This document shows positions 8,752 through 18,170 of a stretch of 64,000 nt of DNA, in pieces. Position 1 is the stretch's first letter. Each line of letters opens with the position of its first letter. The position numbers and the translations under genes are program-made. The stretch comes from a virus. Under the pieces are notes generated by a model. The model had not been told where the DNA came from and did not search any database. It saw nothing but the letters and a program-made list of their open reading frames with translations. The stretch lies in IMG/VR virus record IMGVR_UViG_3300042988_001121, positions 32,001 to 96,000 of that record, one strand, 5' to 3'.

Positions 8752-9761
8752 CAGCACTTTATATAGAAATCTCCTACTCAAAACAAGTAGGGGCTGCTCT
8801 TGAGCGTTTTCGTGTAAAACGTGAATCTCCTTTTCTGGCAGCGGCTCGATGCCCAATCTGTGGCGACTCAGCTAAAAGTAAGTCAAAGACTCGTTTCATC
8901 TTCTATGAGCGAGAAAGTCATATCAATGTGATGTGTCATAATTGTGGCTACAGTAGCTCTGTTGTCACATTTCTGAAGAATCATTACAACAGTCTCTATA
9001 ACGAATATATCATTGAGAAATATAGAGTAACCGGAAATGATAGAGAAAAAGAAACATTTAAAATACCTGTCTCTGCGCCTGTCATTAAACCAAATTCATT
9101 AGATTTACCTCTGGTTAAAAATCTTCCGGTAACTCATATTGCGAGACAATATGTTGATTCAAGAAACTTGCCTGAATATGGGTTTCAATTTGCAGAAGAC
9201 TTTTATGGGTTCTGTCAGCAATATAATAGTTCTATACCCGAGACTAAAAACAAAGAACCTAGACTCATAATTCCTTTCTTTGATCGGAAAGGAAACGTAT
9301 TTGCATTTCAGGGGCGCGATCTAACAGGAAAGAGCAAGCAAAAATATATTACCATCACGATTGATGACAAGACACCAAAAATATTTGGTATAGATCGTCT
9401 TGATGTTAAGCAGCCTGTTATCATTGTCGAGGGTCCAATTGATTCGTTGTTTCTTCCGAATTGCATTGCATCCGTGAATGCTTCTTTGGTTGCCACTGCC
9501 AAAAAGTTGACCGGAGTAATAAATAAAACCTCCACCACACTAGTCTATGATAATGAACCGAGAAATAAAATTATCGTAGAGCAGTATCAGAAGGCTATTG
9601 ATGCCGGATATCCAATAGTCATATGGAGTAAAGAGTGCGAGGGGCTTAAAGATGTTAATGACATGATTCTTGCTGGAATCGATGTTAAGAAGGTGATCAA
9701 AAAGAACACTTTTAGTGGTATAATGGCGAAGATAAAATTTTTGGAGTGGAAAAAGGTATGA
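8748..9761 (+). CDS. gp61: DNA primase gp61
   Basis: RCPICGDS...CHNCG zinc ribbon; RLIIPF, FQGR, VEGPIDSLF and YDNEPRN TOPRIM motifs. Confidence 0.96.
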   Translation: MTALYIEISYSKQVGAALERFRVKRESPFLAAARCPICGDSAKSKSKTRFIFYERESHINVMCHNCGYSSSVVTFLKNHYNSLYNEYIIEKYRVTGNDREKETFKIPVSAPVIKPNSLDLPLVKNLPVTHIARQYVDSRNLPEYGFQFAEDFYGFCQQYNSSIPETKNKEPRLIIPFFDRKGNVFAFQGRDLTGKSKQKYITITIDDKTPKIFGIDRLDVKQPVIIVEGPIDSLFLPNCIASVNASLVATAKKLTGVINKTSTTLVYDNEPRNKIIVEQYQKAIDAGYPIVIWSKECEGLKDVNDMILAGIDVKKVIKKNTFSGIMAKIKFLEWKKV

Positions 9762-12538
9762 CAGATATTGTGATCGACACATCACGTGATGAATTGTTTG
9801 ATGAAATTTCCTTGGCGCGACTCAAGGACTCGTATATGATCGAAGGAGAAACAACTCCGCAAGAGCGTTATGCGTTTGTTTCAAAACAGTTTGGGTCAAA
9901 CCCAGAGCACGCACAGCGATTATATGACTATGCGTCAAAACATTGGTTTGGATATTCAACCCCTATTCTTTCGTTTGGTCGAAATAAAGGTGGTTTACCC
10001 ATCAGTTGTTTCTTGGTATCTGTTCCTGATACTAAAGCTGGATTAGTTGATTCTTTGTCCGAAACAAATTGGCTTTCGATGCTCGGTGGCGGCGTTGGTG
10101 TTTATTTTGCGACTCGTGGCGCAGACGAAAAATCTGTTGGGGTGATTCCTCATTTGAAAGTATATGATGATTCTTGCCTTGCGTTCAAACAGGGTTCGAC
10201 CCGCCGTGGTTCATATGCTGCATATCTTGATATCAGTCATCCAGATATTATGGATTTTCTTGATATGCGCAAAGAAACCGGTGATCAGCGCCGCCGTTGT
10301 TTGAATCTCCACAATGCAGTGAATATTCCTGATTCTTTCATGAAATTGGTTGAGGGTCGAATGCTTGATCCTAAATTTGATGATACATGGGAATTGAAAG
10401 ACCCTGTGTCCGGTAAAGTACACGAAAAGGTCAGTGCTTCGGAATTGTGGATTAAACTGCTTGATCTTCGTGCAGGAGTCGGTCGTGGTGAGCCTTATAT
10501 TCTTTTCACTGACAATGTTAATAATCAGGTGAAACCTGTTTTGCGTGAACGTGGATATAAAGTCAATCAATCAAATCTTTGTGTTGCGCCAGAAACTCAA
10601 ATTTTGACAGAAAACGGATATGAAACAATATCTGATCTGGAAAACGAAACTGTATCTGTGTGGAATGGACAGGAATTTTCTAATGTTATTGTTCGCAAGA
10701 CCGGAGAAAATCAGAAACTGATCCGTGTTATCACAGATTCTGGGTTTGAACTTGAATGCACCCCATATCATAAGTTTTATGTCCATCAATATGTCAATGG
10801 CAAGAAAACTACTGTTGAAAAACGCGCTGGCGAATTGCTTCCCGGCGACAAGTTGATCAAGAGCGATTACCCTGTCATTGAGGGAACAGAGACTCTGGAA
10901 TATGCCTATGACAACGGTTTTTATACAGCCGATGGTTGTCTTGAGGCTAGAGGTCAGCGCGTTTATCTCTATGGCGAGAAACAAAAATTGAAACCATTCT
11001 TGTCGGATATCTATGGGAATTGGTGTGAGTCAAGTAACTGTGATCGTATAACTGCTACTACCAGAAAACTGAAGGACAAATATTTTGTTCCTAATGGAGA
11101 TTATACGATTAAATCTAAATTAGATTGGTTTGCTGGTTTGTGTGATGGTGATGGCACGGTTTGTCGGAACGGAGAATCTCAATCTATTCAAGTTTGTTCT
11201 GTTCGTAAAGAATTCTTACAACAGGTTCAATTGATGCTGCAAACACTTGGTGTGTATTCAAAGGTAACAAAATCAGTTGATGCAGGCTTTCGCCAGCTTC
11301 CAAAGAATGACGGTTCAGGAGAAAAAGGTGACTATTTCTGTCAGACAACGTATCGTCTGATGATTGGTCAACGTTATATTGAAAAACTCATTTCTCTTGG
11401 TTTTAAGACACATCGATTGGTTCTGACCAATCATACTGGCAATCGTGAGTGTACCCATTTCATTAAGGTTGAAGCCATCATCGATGATGGTCGTTATGAT
11501 GATACATATTGTTTCACCGAGCCAAAGCGACATATGGGCATGTTCAATGGTATGTTGACAGGTCAGTGCAACGAAATCATGTTGCATACCGATGCACAGA
11601 ATACCGCTGTTTGCTGTTTGTCTTCGATCAACTTGGATCGTTGGGATGAATACAAAGACAATTATCAGTTTTTCCTTGATCTGATGGAAATGCTTGACAA
11701 TGTGTTACAATACTTCATTGACAACGCACCTGACACAATTTCTCGGGCAAAATATTCTGCGATTCGAGAGCGTTCTGTCGGTCTTGGTGTGATGGGTTAT
11801 CATTCATACTTGCAACAAAAAGGCGTTGCATTTGACAGTGCAGTTGCAAAGGCATATAACAAAAAGATTTTCAAAACATTCAAGGAAATGCTTGATCGTG
11901 CTAACATTGATCTTGGTTCTTCTCGCGGTTCTCCTGCTCTTTTAGAAGGAACTGGATTGAGATTCGCGCATTGTAGTGCATTGGCACCAACAGCATCGAA
12001 TGCATTGATTTGCGGTAATGTGTCGCCTTCTATTGAGCCTTGGCATGCGAATGCTTTCCGTCAAGATACTTTGTCAGGTACTTTCATTCAGAAGAATAAG
12101 TATCTGAACCAGATTATCATTGAACTGGAAGCCGCAGGAAAATGTGATGCAGATGATGTGTGGAAGCAGATTGTTGCCGCAGATGGTTCTATTCAAAATA
12201 TTGATGTATTTGATGATCATACGAAGGAAGTCTTTAAGACAGCACCGGAGATTGAACAATTGATGTTAGTTGAACAGTTGACAGATCGACAGCCATATAT
12301 TGATCAAGGACAGTCTTTTAACATTTTTATTCGTCCAGACATTTCTATTCCTAAACTCCATGCGATACACTTCAACGTATGGAAAAAAGGTGGAAAGGGA
12401 ATGTATTATGTAAGGTCAGAGAAATTGGCTAATGCAGAGAAAGTGAATGCAAAGGTAGTTCGAGTAAAATTGGAAGATGAAATAGATATGAAGGCAGTTG
12501 CCAATGGTGATTTGGAATGTTTGGTGTGTAGTGGATAG
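9758..12538 (+). CDS. nrdA: Class Ia ribonucleotide reductase large subunit, intein-containing
   Basis: LPISCF, GGGVG, RRGSYAAYL, SNL|C...CNEI, VCCLSSINL, APTASN and C-terminal C..C motifs. Confidence 0.96.
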   Translation: MTDIVIDTSRDELFDEISLARLKDSYMIEGETTPQERYAFVSKQFGSNPEHAQRLYDYASKHWFGYSTPILSFGRNKGGLPISCFLVSVPDTKAGLVDSLSETNWLSMLGGGVGVYFATRGADEKSVGVIPHLKVYDDSCLAFKQGSTRRGSYAAYLDISHPDIMDFLDMRKETGDQRRRCLNLHNAVNIPDSFMKLVEGRMLDPKFDDTWELKDPVSGKVHEKVSASELWIKLLDLRAGVGRGEPYILFTDNVNNQVKPVLRERGYKVNQSNLCVAPETQILTENGYETISDLENETVSVWNGQEFSNVIVRKTGENQKLIRVITDSGFELECTPYHKFYVHQYVNGKKTTVEKRAGELLPGDKLIKSDYPVIEGTETLEYAYDNGFYTADGCLEARGQRVYLYGEKQKLKPFLSDIYGNWCESSNCDRITATTRKLKDKYFVPNGDYTIKSKLDWFAGLCDGDGTVCRNGESQSIQVCSVRKEFLQQVQLMLQTLGVYSKVTKSVDAGFRQLPKNDGSGEKGDYFCQTTYRLMIGQRYIEKLISLGFKTHRLVLTNHTGNRECTHFIKVEAIIDDGRYDDTYCFTEPKRHMGMFNGMLTGQCNEIMLHTDAQNTAVCCLSSINLDRWDEYKDNYQFFLDLMEMLDNVLQYFIDNAPDTISRAKYSAIRERSVGLGVMGYHSYLQQKGVAFDSAVAKAYNKKIFKTFKEMLDRANIDLGSSRGSPALLEGTGLRFAHCSALAPTASNALICGNVSPSIEPWHANAFRQDTLSGTFIQKNKYLNQIIIELEAAGKCDADDVWKQIVAADGSIQNIDVFDDHTKEVFKTAPEIEQLMLVEQLTDRQPYIDQGQSFNIFIRPDISIPKLHAIHFNVWKKGGKGMYYVRSEKLANAEKVNAKVVRVKLEDEIDMKAVANGDLECLVCSG
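10580..11566 (+). mobile_element. Intein (329 aa) with a LAGLIDADG homing endonuclease, Gln-terminated
   Basis: N-terminus CVAPETQILTENG; block B ECTPYHKF; LAGLIDADG-like GFYTADG and FAGLCDGDG; C-terminus TYCFTEP...GMLTGQ|C at the NrdA SNL-C active-site position. Confidence 0.95.
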
Positions 12539-12573
12539 CTGTTAAGGTTAAATAGTTCATGAAAGAGAAATTC

Positions 12574-13330
12574 ATGAACTATTTAAAACTGTATACACAA
12601 CTTGTTACAACTCGTAAACAAACTAGGAATGTCAAGAAAGAAGTAAATTATGAGGTACATCACATAATACCACGTTGTCTTGGTGGTAGTGATTGTGCTG
12701 AAAATCTTGTGAAGCTGACATATCGAGAACATTTTTTTATGTCATAGATTGCTGGCGAAGTTATATCCATCAAATTCAAAAATACAATATGCATTTTTGT
12801 GTATGTTGCGTGATCCGCATAACAAGCGCAACCTATCACCTCGAATGTATTCAACGATAAAAACATATTTTTCAAAGTTTAAGAAACAGCAGAGTATAGA
12901 AATGAACCCCGGAAAACATCAAAATTCTAGGAATGCTGCCAGATCACGTATGTTATCAGCGGAAAACCCCTCAAAAAAGAATCCGCACAAAATTCATTCT
13001 GTGAAATCATGTTATATTGTAACTAACGATGGTATTATTGTGAGATTCCGTATGAAAAAAGATATGATTTCTTATTTTATGGAAATAACTGGACTATCAC
13101 ATGGTTCTATTAAAACTTATATACTGGATCGTAGGCTTGATAAGTTGAATGTAGTTGATATTGTCGTAGAAGAAAAAGAAAATAACTCAGATACAGCGTC
13201 AATTGGTAGAAGATGGTACACAAATGGTTCAGAAAATCAATTTGTGTTTCCAGGAAACGAATCTTTTGGTTTTATACCTGGGTTGCATAAAAAATCTCAC
13301 AGACGAAAGAAAGGCATTCCTGTGATATGA
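12574..13330 (+). pseudogene. MobE-like HNH homing endonuclease split by a 1-nt frameshift
   Basis: EVHHIIPRCLGGSDCAENLVKLTYREH is followed by a T7 run (12732-12738). Removing one T gives EHFLCHRLLAKLYP and joins the two ORFs. Located between nrdA and nrdB. Confidence 0.8.
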
Positions 13331-13362
13331 TACCCACTCATCCCAATTAAAAAGGAAAATAA

Positions 13363-14367
13363 ATGAACACACACCCCAGAAAACAAAAAACTAAACTGAC
13401 AGATAAACGTAACACGTTTAAGCCATTTGCTTATCCTAAGTGTTATGACATTTGGCTCCAGCATGAACAAATTCATTGGCTACATTCGGTGGTCAATATG
13501 CAGCAAGATGTTACTGATTTTAAAAAGCGTCTTACTCCGAGCCAGAAAAACTTTTTGACTCAGATTCTACGCCTTTTTACTCAGGGTGATATTGATGTTG
13601 CCTCTGGTTATGTCAATAATTATCTGCCAGTTTTTTCTCAACCAGAAGTGCGAATGATGCTTCTTGGATTCGCTTCGCGAGAGGCTGTTCATATTGCGGC
13701 ATATAGTCATTTACTTGAAACTCTTGGGTTTCCTGACACCACATATAACGAGTTCTTGAACTACAAAGAAATGGTGGATAAACATGAGTTTATTGAACAG
13801 TTGACCTCTAATACCGATTCAAATCATATTGTCCAACAGATGTGTGCTATTAGTGCATTTACAGAAGGGATGCAACTTTTTAGTTCTTTTGTGATGCTGT
13901 TGAACTACGGTCGTAACAACCTGATGCCGGGTACAACGAAAATTGTGACTTGGAGTATTATTGACGAAACAAAACATTGTGAAGGAATGACATATCTTTT
14001 CCGAGAGTTTATCAAGGAAAACAAGGATATCTGGAATGATGAGTTGAAGTCGCAACTCTATGCAATTGCAACGAAAATGGTTGAATTAGAAGATGCCTTC
14101 ATCGATTTGGCTTATAAAGAAATGGATGGTTCTGAATTCCAACAGCCTCTGTTAAAAGAAGATATGCATACATATATTAGATATATCGCAGATCGTAGAT
14201 TGATTGGGTTGGGGTTAAAGGGCATCTTCAAACAGAAGAAAAATCCTTTGCCTTGGGTAGATGAAATGACTTCTTTACCATCACATTCAAACTTCTTTGA
14301 ACAAGAGGAATCTTCTTACTCTAAGGGGGCTTTGACAGGAGACTGGTCGATGGTATTCCCTCAATAA
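13363..14367 (+). CDS. nrdB: Ribonucleotide reductase small subunit
   Basis: FTQGD, REAVH..AY, FTEG..LFSSF, DETKH and FFEQ motifs. Confidence 0.96.
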   Translation: MNTHPRKQKTKLTDKRNTFKPFAYPKCYDIWLQHEQIHWLHSVVNMQQDVTDFKKRLTPSQKNFLTQILRLFTQGDIDVASGYVNNYLPVFSQPEVRMMLLGFASREAVHIAAYSHLLETLGFPDTTYNEFLNYKEMVDKHEFIEQLTSNTDSNHIVQQMCAISAFTEGMQLFSSFVMLLNYGRNNLMPGTTKIVTWSIIDETKHCEGMTYLFREFIKENKDIWNDELKSQLYAIATKMVELEDAFIDLAYKEMDGSEFQQPLLKEDMHTYIRYIADRRLIGLGLKGIFKQKKNPLPWVDEMTSLPSHSNFFEQEESSYSKGALTGDWSMVFPQ

Positions 14368-14406
14368 ATCTACACATATTTTTCTCTGTGATACAATAAC
14401 TCCATC
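14367..14406 (+). promoter_or_regulatory. Repeated early promoter cassette, copy 1
   Basis: AATCTACACATA-N-TGTGATACAATAACTCCATC: CTACAC, 17-nt spacer, TACAAT with extended TG. Confidence 0.85.
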
Positions 14407-14431
14407 GCAACAAACTTAAAGAGGTTTACAA

Positions 14432-14695
14432 ATGACAGCATCACGTACACTCGCAACAATGATTGATAGTTCCAACGGTAAAATCGTTTCCGTTGTATTC
14501 ATCAAAAAAGATGGTAGCCAACGTAATCTGGTTGGTCGTCTTGGTGTAACAAAGGCTCTCAAAGGTGGAGTAAAACAAGTGGATGAAAATAAATTCATCA
14601 CTATCTTTGATATGCAGAAAAATGATTATCGCAACATCAACCGCGACACAATCATTTCAATTAAAATGAATGGAATCGAAGCCATTGCTGCCTAA
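14432..14695 (+). CDS. Conserved small phage protein (SH3-like beta barrel)
   Basis: VVFIKKDGSQRNLVGRLGV...FDMQKNDYRNIN; GAGG SD after the early promoter. Confidence 0.7.
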   Translation: MTASRTLATMIDSSNGKIVSVVFIKKDGSQRNLVGRLGVTKALKGGVKQVDENKFITIFDMQKNDYRNINRDTIISIKMNGIEAIAA

Positions 14696-15200
14696 ATTCT
14701 ATGCAGGTATAGGAAGTAGAAGAACTCCTGATAATGTTCTGAGGATAATGGAGCATTTTGGGAGTTCTTTGTCATCTGCTTATGTACTTCGTAGTGGCGG
14801 AGCAGATGGCGCAGACAGTGCATTTGAAAGAGGTTGTGATTCCGAGTCTGGCGTAAAAGAAATTTATCTGCCTTGGTATAATTTCAATTACAAGACAGGC
14901 ATCGTGGTGCATAATAAATCTGTTCTTGATAAGGCAGATCAGATAGTTCAACGGTTGCACCCAAAGTACCGATCTTTATCAATCGGAGCCAGAAAATTAC
15001 ACATCAGAAACTGTTTCCAGATTCTGGGTGCTGATCTAAAGACTCCTGTTGATTTTGTTCTGTGTTGGTATCCAGACTCTTTTCCTAGCGGCGGAACAGC
15101 AACTGCTGTGAATCTTGCTCATAGACTCAAGATTCCTGTCTATGTTCTGAAGACAGAGGCGGATGTTGAATTGGTTAGAAATAATCTACACATACTCTGA
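14670..15200 (+). CDS. SLOG/DprA-like nucleotide-binding Rossmann protein
   Basis: YAGIGSRRTP, LRSGGADGADSAFE and GGTATAV motifs. Confidence 0.75.
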   Translation: MESKPLLPKFYAGIGSRRTPDNVLRIMEHFGSSLSSAYVLRSGGADGADSAFERGCDSESGVKEIYLPWYNFNYKTGIVVHNKSVLDKADQIVQRLHPKYRSLSIGARKLHIRNCFQILGADLKTPVDFVLCWYPDSFPSGGTATAVNLAHRLKIPVYVLKTEADVELVRNNLHIL

Positions 15201-15223
15201 GTTTCTGTTACAATAACTCCATC
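15183..15223 (+). promoter_or_regulatory. Repeated early promoter cassette, copy 2
   Basis: AATCTACACATA...TGTTACAATAACTCCATC. Confidence 0.85.
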
Positions 15224-15245
15224 GACAACGAACCGGAGATTCAAA

Positions 15246-15437
15246 ATGACACTTACTCAAGCGCAGACCCGTTATGTTGAACGTGTTAACAATTGCCATC
15301 CCGGTCACTTTAACCGTGTTCGTGCATCAGCCGCAAAAGAATTGAAATTATGGGCAGCTAAACACGGTTACGATGCATCGGTTGTGTGGAAGGATGCGCG
15401 TGATATCGCGGAACTTGAGCGTAATTCAGAAGATTGA
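15246..15437 (+). CDS. Hypothetical early protein
   Basis: GGAG SD directly after the promoter cassette. Confidence 0.7.
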   Translation: MTLTQAQTRYVERVNNCHPGHFNRVRASAAKELKLWAAKHGYDASVVWKDARDIAELERNSED

Positions 15438-15452
15438 TTGGAAAGGATAATA

Positions 15453-15644
15453 ATGTACATAACAAAGAAAAATGTAATAGACATTCTTGATGCAATGGAA
15501 GACTTCGAGGATGCCACCAGCTTTAAATTGGTAAACGATAACTCAAGTGGCATTGGTGGAATTTTGAGTCTTATTGTGACTACCGTGGTTAAGAATCGTC
15601 CTGTTGAGATCAAGATTGAAATCTCGGGCGTCGAAAATTGGTAA
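15453..15644 (+). CDS. Hypothetical protein
   Basis: AGGA SD; packed within the early operon. Confidence 0.6.
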   Translation: MYITKKNVIDILDAMEDFEDATSFKLVNDNSSGIGGILSLIVTTVVKNRPVEIKIEISGVENW

Positions 15645-15650
15645 TAACTT

Positions 15651-15923
15651 ATGTCACTGTCCTATAAAAAGAAACTGGAAATCTCGGTCGTCTGCTATGC
15701 CAATGTGTCGGGTTCTTTTGCACATTTCAGCAACCAAAAGAACCGAGTTAAAGATTTTACTTTGGATTGGGACGGATGGATTCGACATTGTGTGGATGAA
15801 GCCGATCTTTGGATGACGATTCATCTTGTTCGTGGAAACAAGAAACTTATTAACGAAACCGCGAGGGAATTTACAAGAGAAATTGCGGAAACTCTGGTAG
15901 AGCGCTATGAATGCGAGAATTAA
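15651..15923 (+). CDS. Hypothetical protein
   Basis: Packed ORF in the early operon. Confidence 0.55.
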   Translation: MSLSYKKKLEISVVCYANVSGSFAHFSNQKNRVKDFTLDWDGWIRHCVDEADLWMTIHLVRGNKKLINETAREFTREIAETLVERYECEN

Positions 15924-16100
15924 AGAACTTTATGAGGTCTACCAATGAAGGGACCTCGTGAAATGAAACATTACGTGGCAAAGTGGCGTAAGCAGCTTAA
16001 CAAAATGCATTGGGACGATTTGATGATTTTCAAATGGGAGAAATGTAAGAAATGGTTTAAGCGAGATAAAAAGGTGGATTGGAAAGAATGGGAGTAAAAT

Positions 16101-16136
16101 AATCTACACATAAAGTTTCTTTATGATACAATAACT
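16101..16136 (+). promoter_or_regulatory. Repeated early promoter cassette, copy 3
   Basis: AATCTACACATA...ATGATACAATAAC. Confidence 0.85.
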
Positions 16137-16157
16137 GCAACAGAAAAGGAAACTAAA

Positions 16158-17255
16158 ATGACATTCCTCGGACACACCTCGTTACAGTCGCTGCTCGATG
16201 CAGCAAAAGAGAAGAACATCTCAATTAAGGACTACGAAAACTTCGTACTCCTGAAGTATGATCAGATTTTCAGTCCCGCGACCGATCCATTGGTCATGCA
16301 GTGTCGTGGTATCATCATTGACAAAGCGACTGGTCATATCATTGGTCGCGCATACCCTCGATTCTTCAATTATGGTCAGTATCCTGACATAACCGAAAAA
16401 TTTGAATTTGATGGCTCAACTATCTATGAAAAACTCGATGGATCGGTCATTAAGATTTGGTTCAATTGCTATTCTGATCGTTGGGAAATTGCAACCAACG
16501 GAACTGCATTAGGTGAATCCGAACAAGCCTTCTTCCCATCTTTCCGTGAGGCTGTTTTGCGCGATGGATTCGGTCTAACAGAAGACGAGTTTCAGTCCCG
16601 TTTCGCGAACATGGATCGTGCTTATTCACATGTGTTCGAGTATTGCAGTAACTATAACCAGATCGTTACATTTTACGAATCTGGTCGTATGTACTACATC
16701 ACCAGTTTCAATAACGAGACTGGCGCAGAATCTTACTTCAATAAAGTTTTTGATTCGGTGAAAGCATTACCATGCCCTGTCTATAACTTCAATTCAAAGC
16801 AAGACATGCTTAACATGGCAGAGGCGCTGACTGACCTGAAAGAAGGGTTTGTTACGCAGGATGTGAATGGTCTTCGTATCAAGATCAAATCCAGTGCTTA
16901 TGTTCGTGCTCACCATATGCGAGGTGAAGGAGCGCTGAATCAAAAACGAATTGCCGAGTGTGTCGTTCAGAATGAACAGGATGAATTCCTGACCTATTTC
17001 CCGAACTCAAAAGAAATGTTCGAACCAGTGATCGATGAAGTGGGTTCTCTGTTGACTGAAATGAGTCAACTTTATGATCGCGTGAAATTCATTGAGGATC
17101 AGAAGGAATTTGCTATGTCGATTCGGAATTGTTCTTTCAGCGGTGTCTTGTTCGAGGCGCGTAAAAAGAAGATTGATGTTCTGCACGCATGGGGCGAATC
17201 GAAATTAGAGTTCAAAGTCAAGATTGTGTTGGGGCGGCTTTCGTCAACCACCTAA
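16158..17255 (+). CDS. rnlA: RNA ligase 1 (T4 RnlA-like)
   Basis: CRGIII, YPRFFNYG, motif I EKLDGS, FEYC, motif IV EGFV and KIKSSAY. Confidence 0.88.
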   Translation: MTFLGHTSLQSLLDAAKEKNISIKDYENFVLLKYDQIFSPATDPLVMQCRGIIIDKATGHIIGRAYPRFFNYGQYPDITEKFEFDGSTIYEKLDGSVIKIWFNCYSDRWEIATNGTALGESEQAFFPSFREAVLRDGFGLTEDEFQSRFANMDRAYSHVFEYCSNYNQIVTFYESGRMYYITSFNNETGAESYFNKVFDSVKALPCPVYNFNSKQDMLNMAEALTDLKEGFVTQDVNGLRIKIKSSAYVRAHHMRGEGALNQKRIAECVVQNEQDEFLTYFPNSKEMFEPVIDEVGSLLTEMSQLYDRVKFIEDQKEFAMSIRNCSFSGVLFEARKKKIDVLHAWGESKLEFKVKIVLGRLSSTT

Positions 17256-17334
17256 CAGCTAAAGACAGTTAGGCTTGCTTGCTCCCCATTACAACGGAAT
17301 CACGAAAGAAGAATTCGAGTCCGTAGTAATTGAC
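17243..17334 (+). mobile_element. Possible IS200/IS605-end-derived ~92-bp remnant
   Basis: GTCAACCACC-TAACAGCTAAAGACAGTTAG-GCTTG resembles the GTCAAC.ACC...CTAAAG...GCTTG end hairpin; the segment ends in GTAATTGAC. Confidence 0.4.
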
Positions 17335-17343
17335 TGACAAAAT

Positions 17344-17384
17344 AATCTACACATAAAATTTAGTTGTGATACAATAACTCCATC
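17344..17384 (+). promoter_or_regulatory. Repeated early promoter cassette, copy 4
   Basis: AATCTACACATAAAATTTAGTTGTGATACAATAACTCCATC. Confidence 0.88.
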
Positions 17385-17406
17385 GCAGCAAACTTAGGAG
17401 TCCAAA

Positions 17407-17667
17407 ATGGCTAAAACTTTCAAATTCTATTCTGATGCAGGTCACGGTTGGTTGGCAGTGAAACGAGAATTTCTCGTTAACCTTGGTGTTCAAGATAAAA
17501 TTTCTTCTTACAGCTACCAGAGAGGTAAAACTGTTTATCTTGAAGAAGATTGTGATTGTTCTGTTTTAATCTCTGCCTTGCGTCAATCTGGCGTAGAATT
17601 TTCGATCAAAGAAGGAAAATTTGCTGAACGTTCTCCAATTCGTTCTTATGAAAGTTACCATGCGTAA
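17407..17667 (+). CDS. Hypothetical protein (conserved phage family, D.GHGWL motif)
   Basis: FYSDAGHGWLAV...YLEEDCD; GGAG SD. Confidence 0.7.
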   Translation: MAKTFKFYSDAGHGWLAVKREFLVNLGVQDKISSYSYQRGKTVYLEEDCDCSVLISALRQSGVEFSIKEGKFAERSPIRSYESYHA

Positions 17668-18115
17668 ACTTATTATTCTCGTTGGACTCCCATGTACAGG
17701 GAAGTCTACCTATGCAAGAAACCTGACAAAAGATGGTGGTGTAGTCATTTCAACTGATGATTACATCGAAAGAGTAGCAAAAGAACAAGGTAAGACTTAT
17801 TCCGATGTTTTCATGGACACAATCGGTTTCGCTATCGATGACATGGAAACTAAAATAAAACTTAATCAGGAAACTGATCTTGTTGTCATCGATCAAACAA
17901 ATCTGTCGCGTAAGAAGCGAATGAAATTGATTGGGCAATTCCCTAATCACGAGCCTTGCATTGTTGTGTTCGGTAGTAGATTGTCTCTGTTCGCTTGGCT
18001 CCTTAATGTTTCAAGTCGTCCAGAGAAAGTCATTTCACTCAACATTGTTACTAAGATGTTTTCTTCTTATGAGGAACCTTCTTTCGACGAAGGCGCGAAA
18101 ATAATCTACACATAA
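17660..18115 (+). CDS. P-loop (AAA_33/Pnk-like) kinase
   Basis: ILVGLPCTGKSTY, ISTDDY and VIDQTNL..K.R motifs. Confidence 0.8.
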   Translation: MRKLIILVGLPCTGKSTYARNLTKDGGVVISTDDYIERVAKEQGKTYSDVFMDTIGFAIDDMETKIKLNQETDLVVIDQTNLSRKKRMKLIGQFPNHEPCIVVFGSRLSLFAWLLNVSSRPEKVISLNIVTKMFSSYEEPSFDEGAKIIYT

Positions 18116-18143
18116 AAATTAGTTGTGATACAATAACTCCATC
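18103..18143 (+). promoter_or_regulatory. Repeated early promoter cassette, copy 5
   Basis: AATCTACACATAAAAATTAGTTGTGATACAATAACTCCATC. Confidence 0.88.
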
Positions 18144-18170
18144 GACAACGAAATGTGAATGGAGTTCAAA

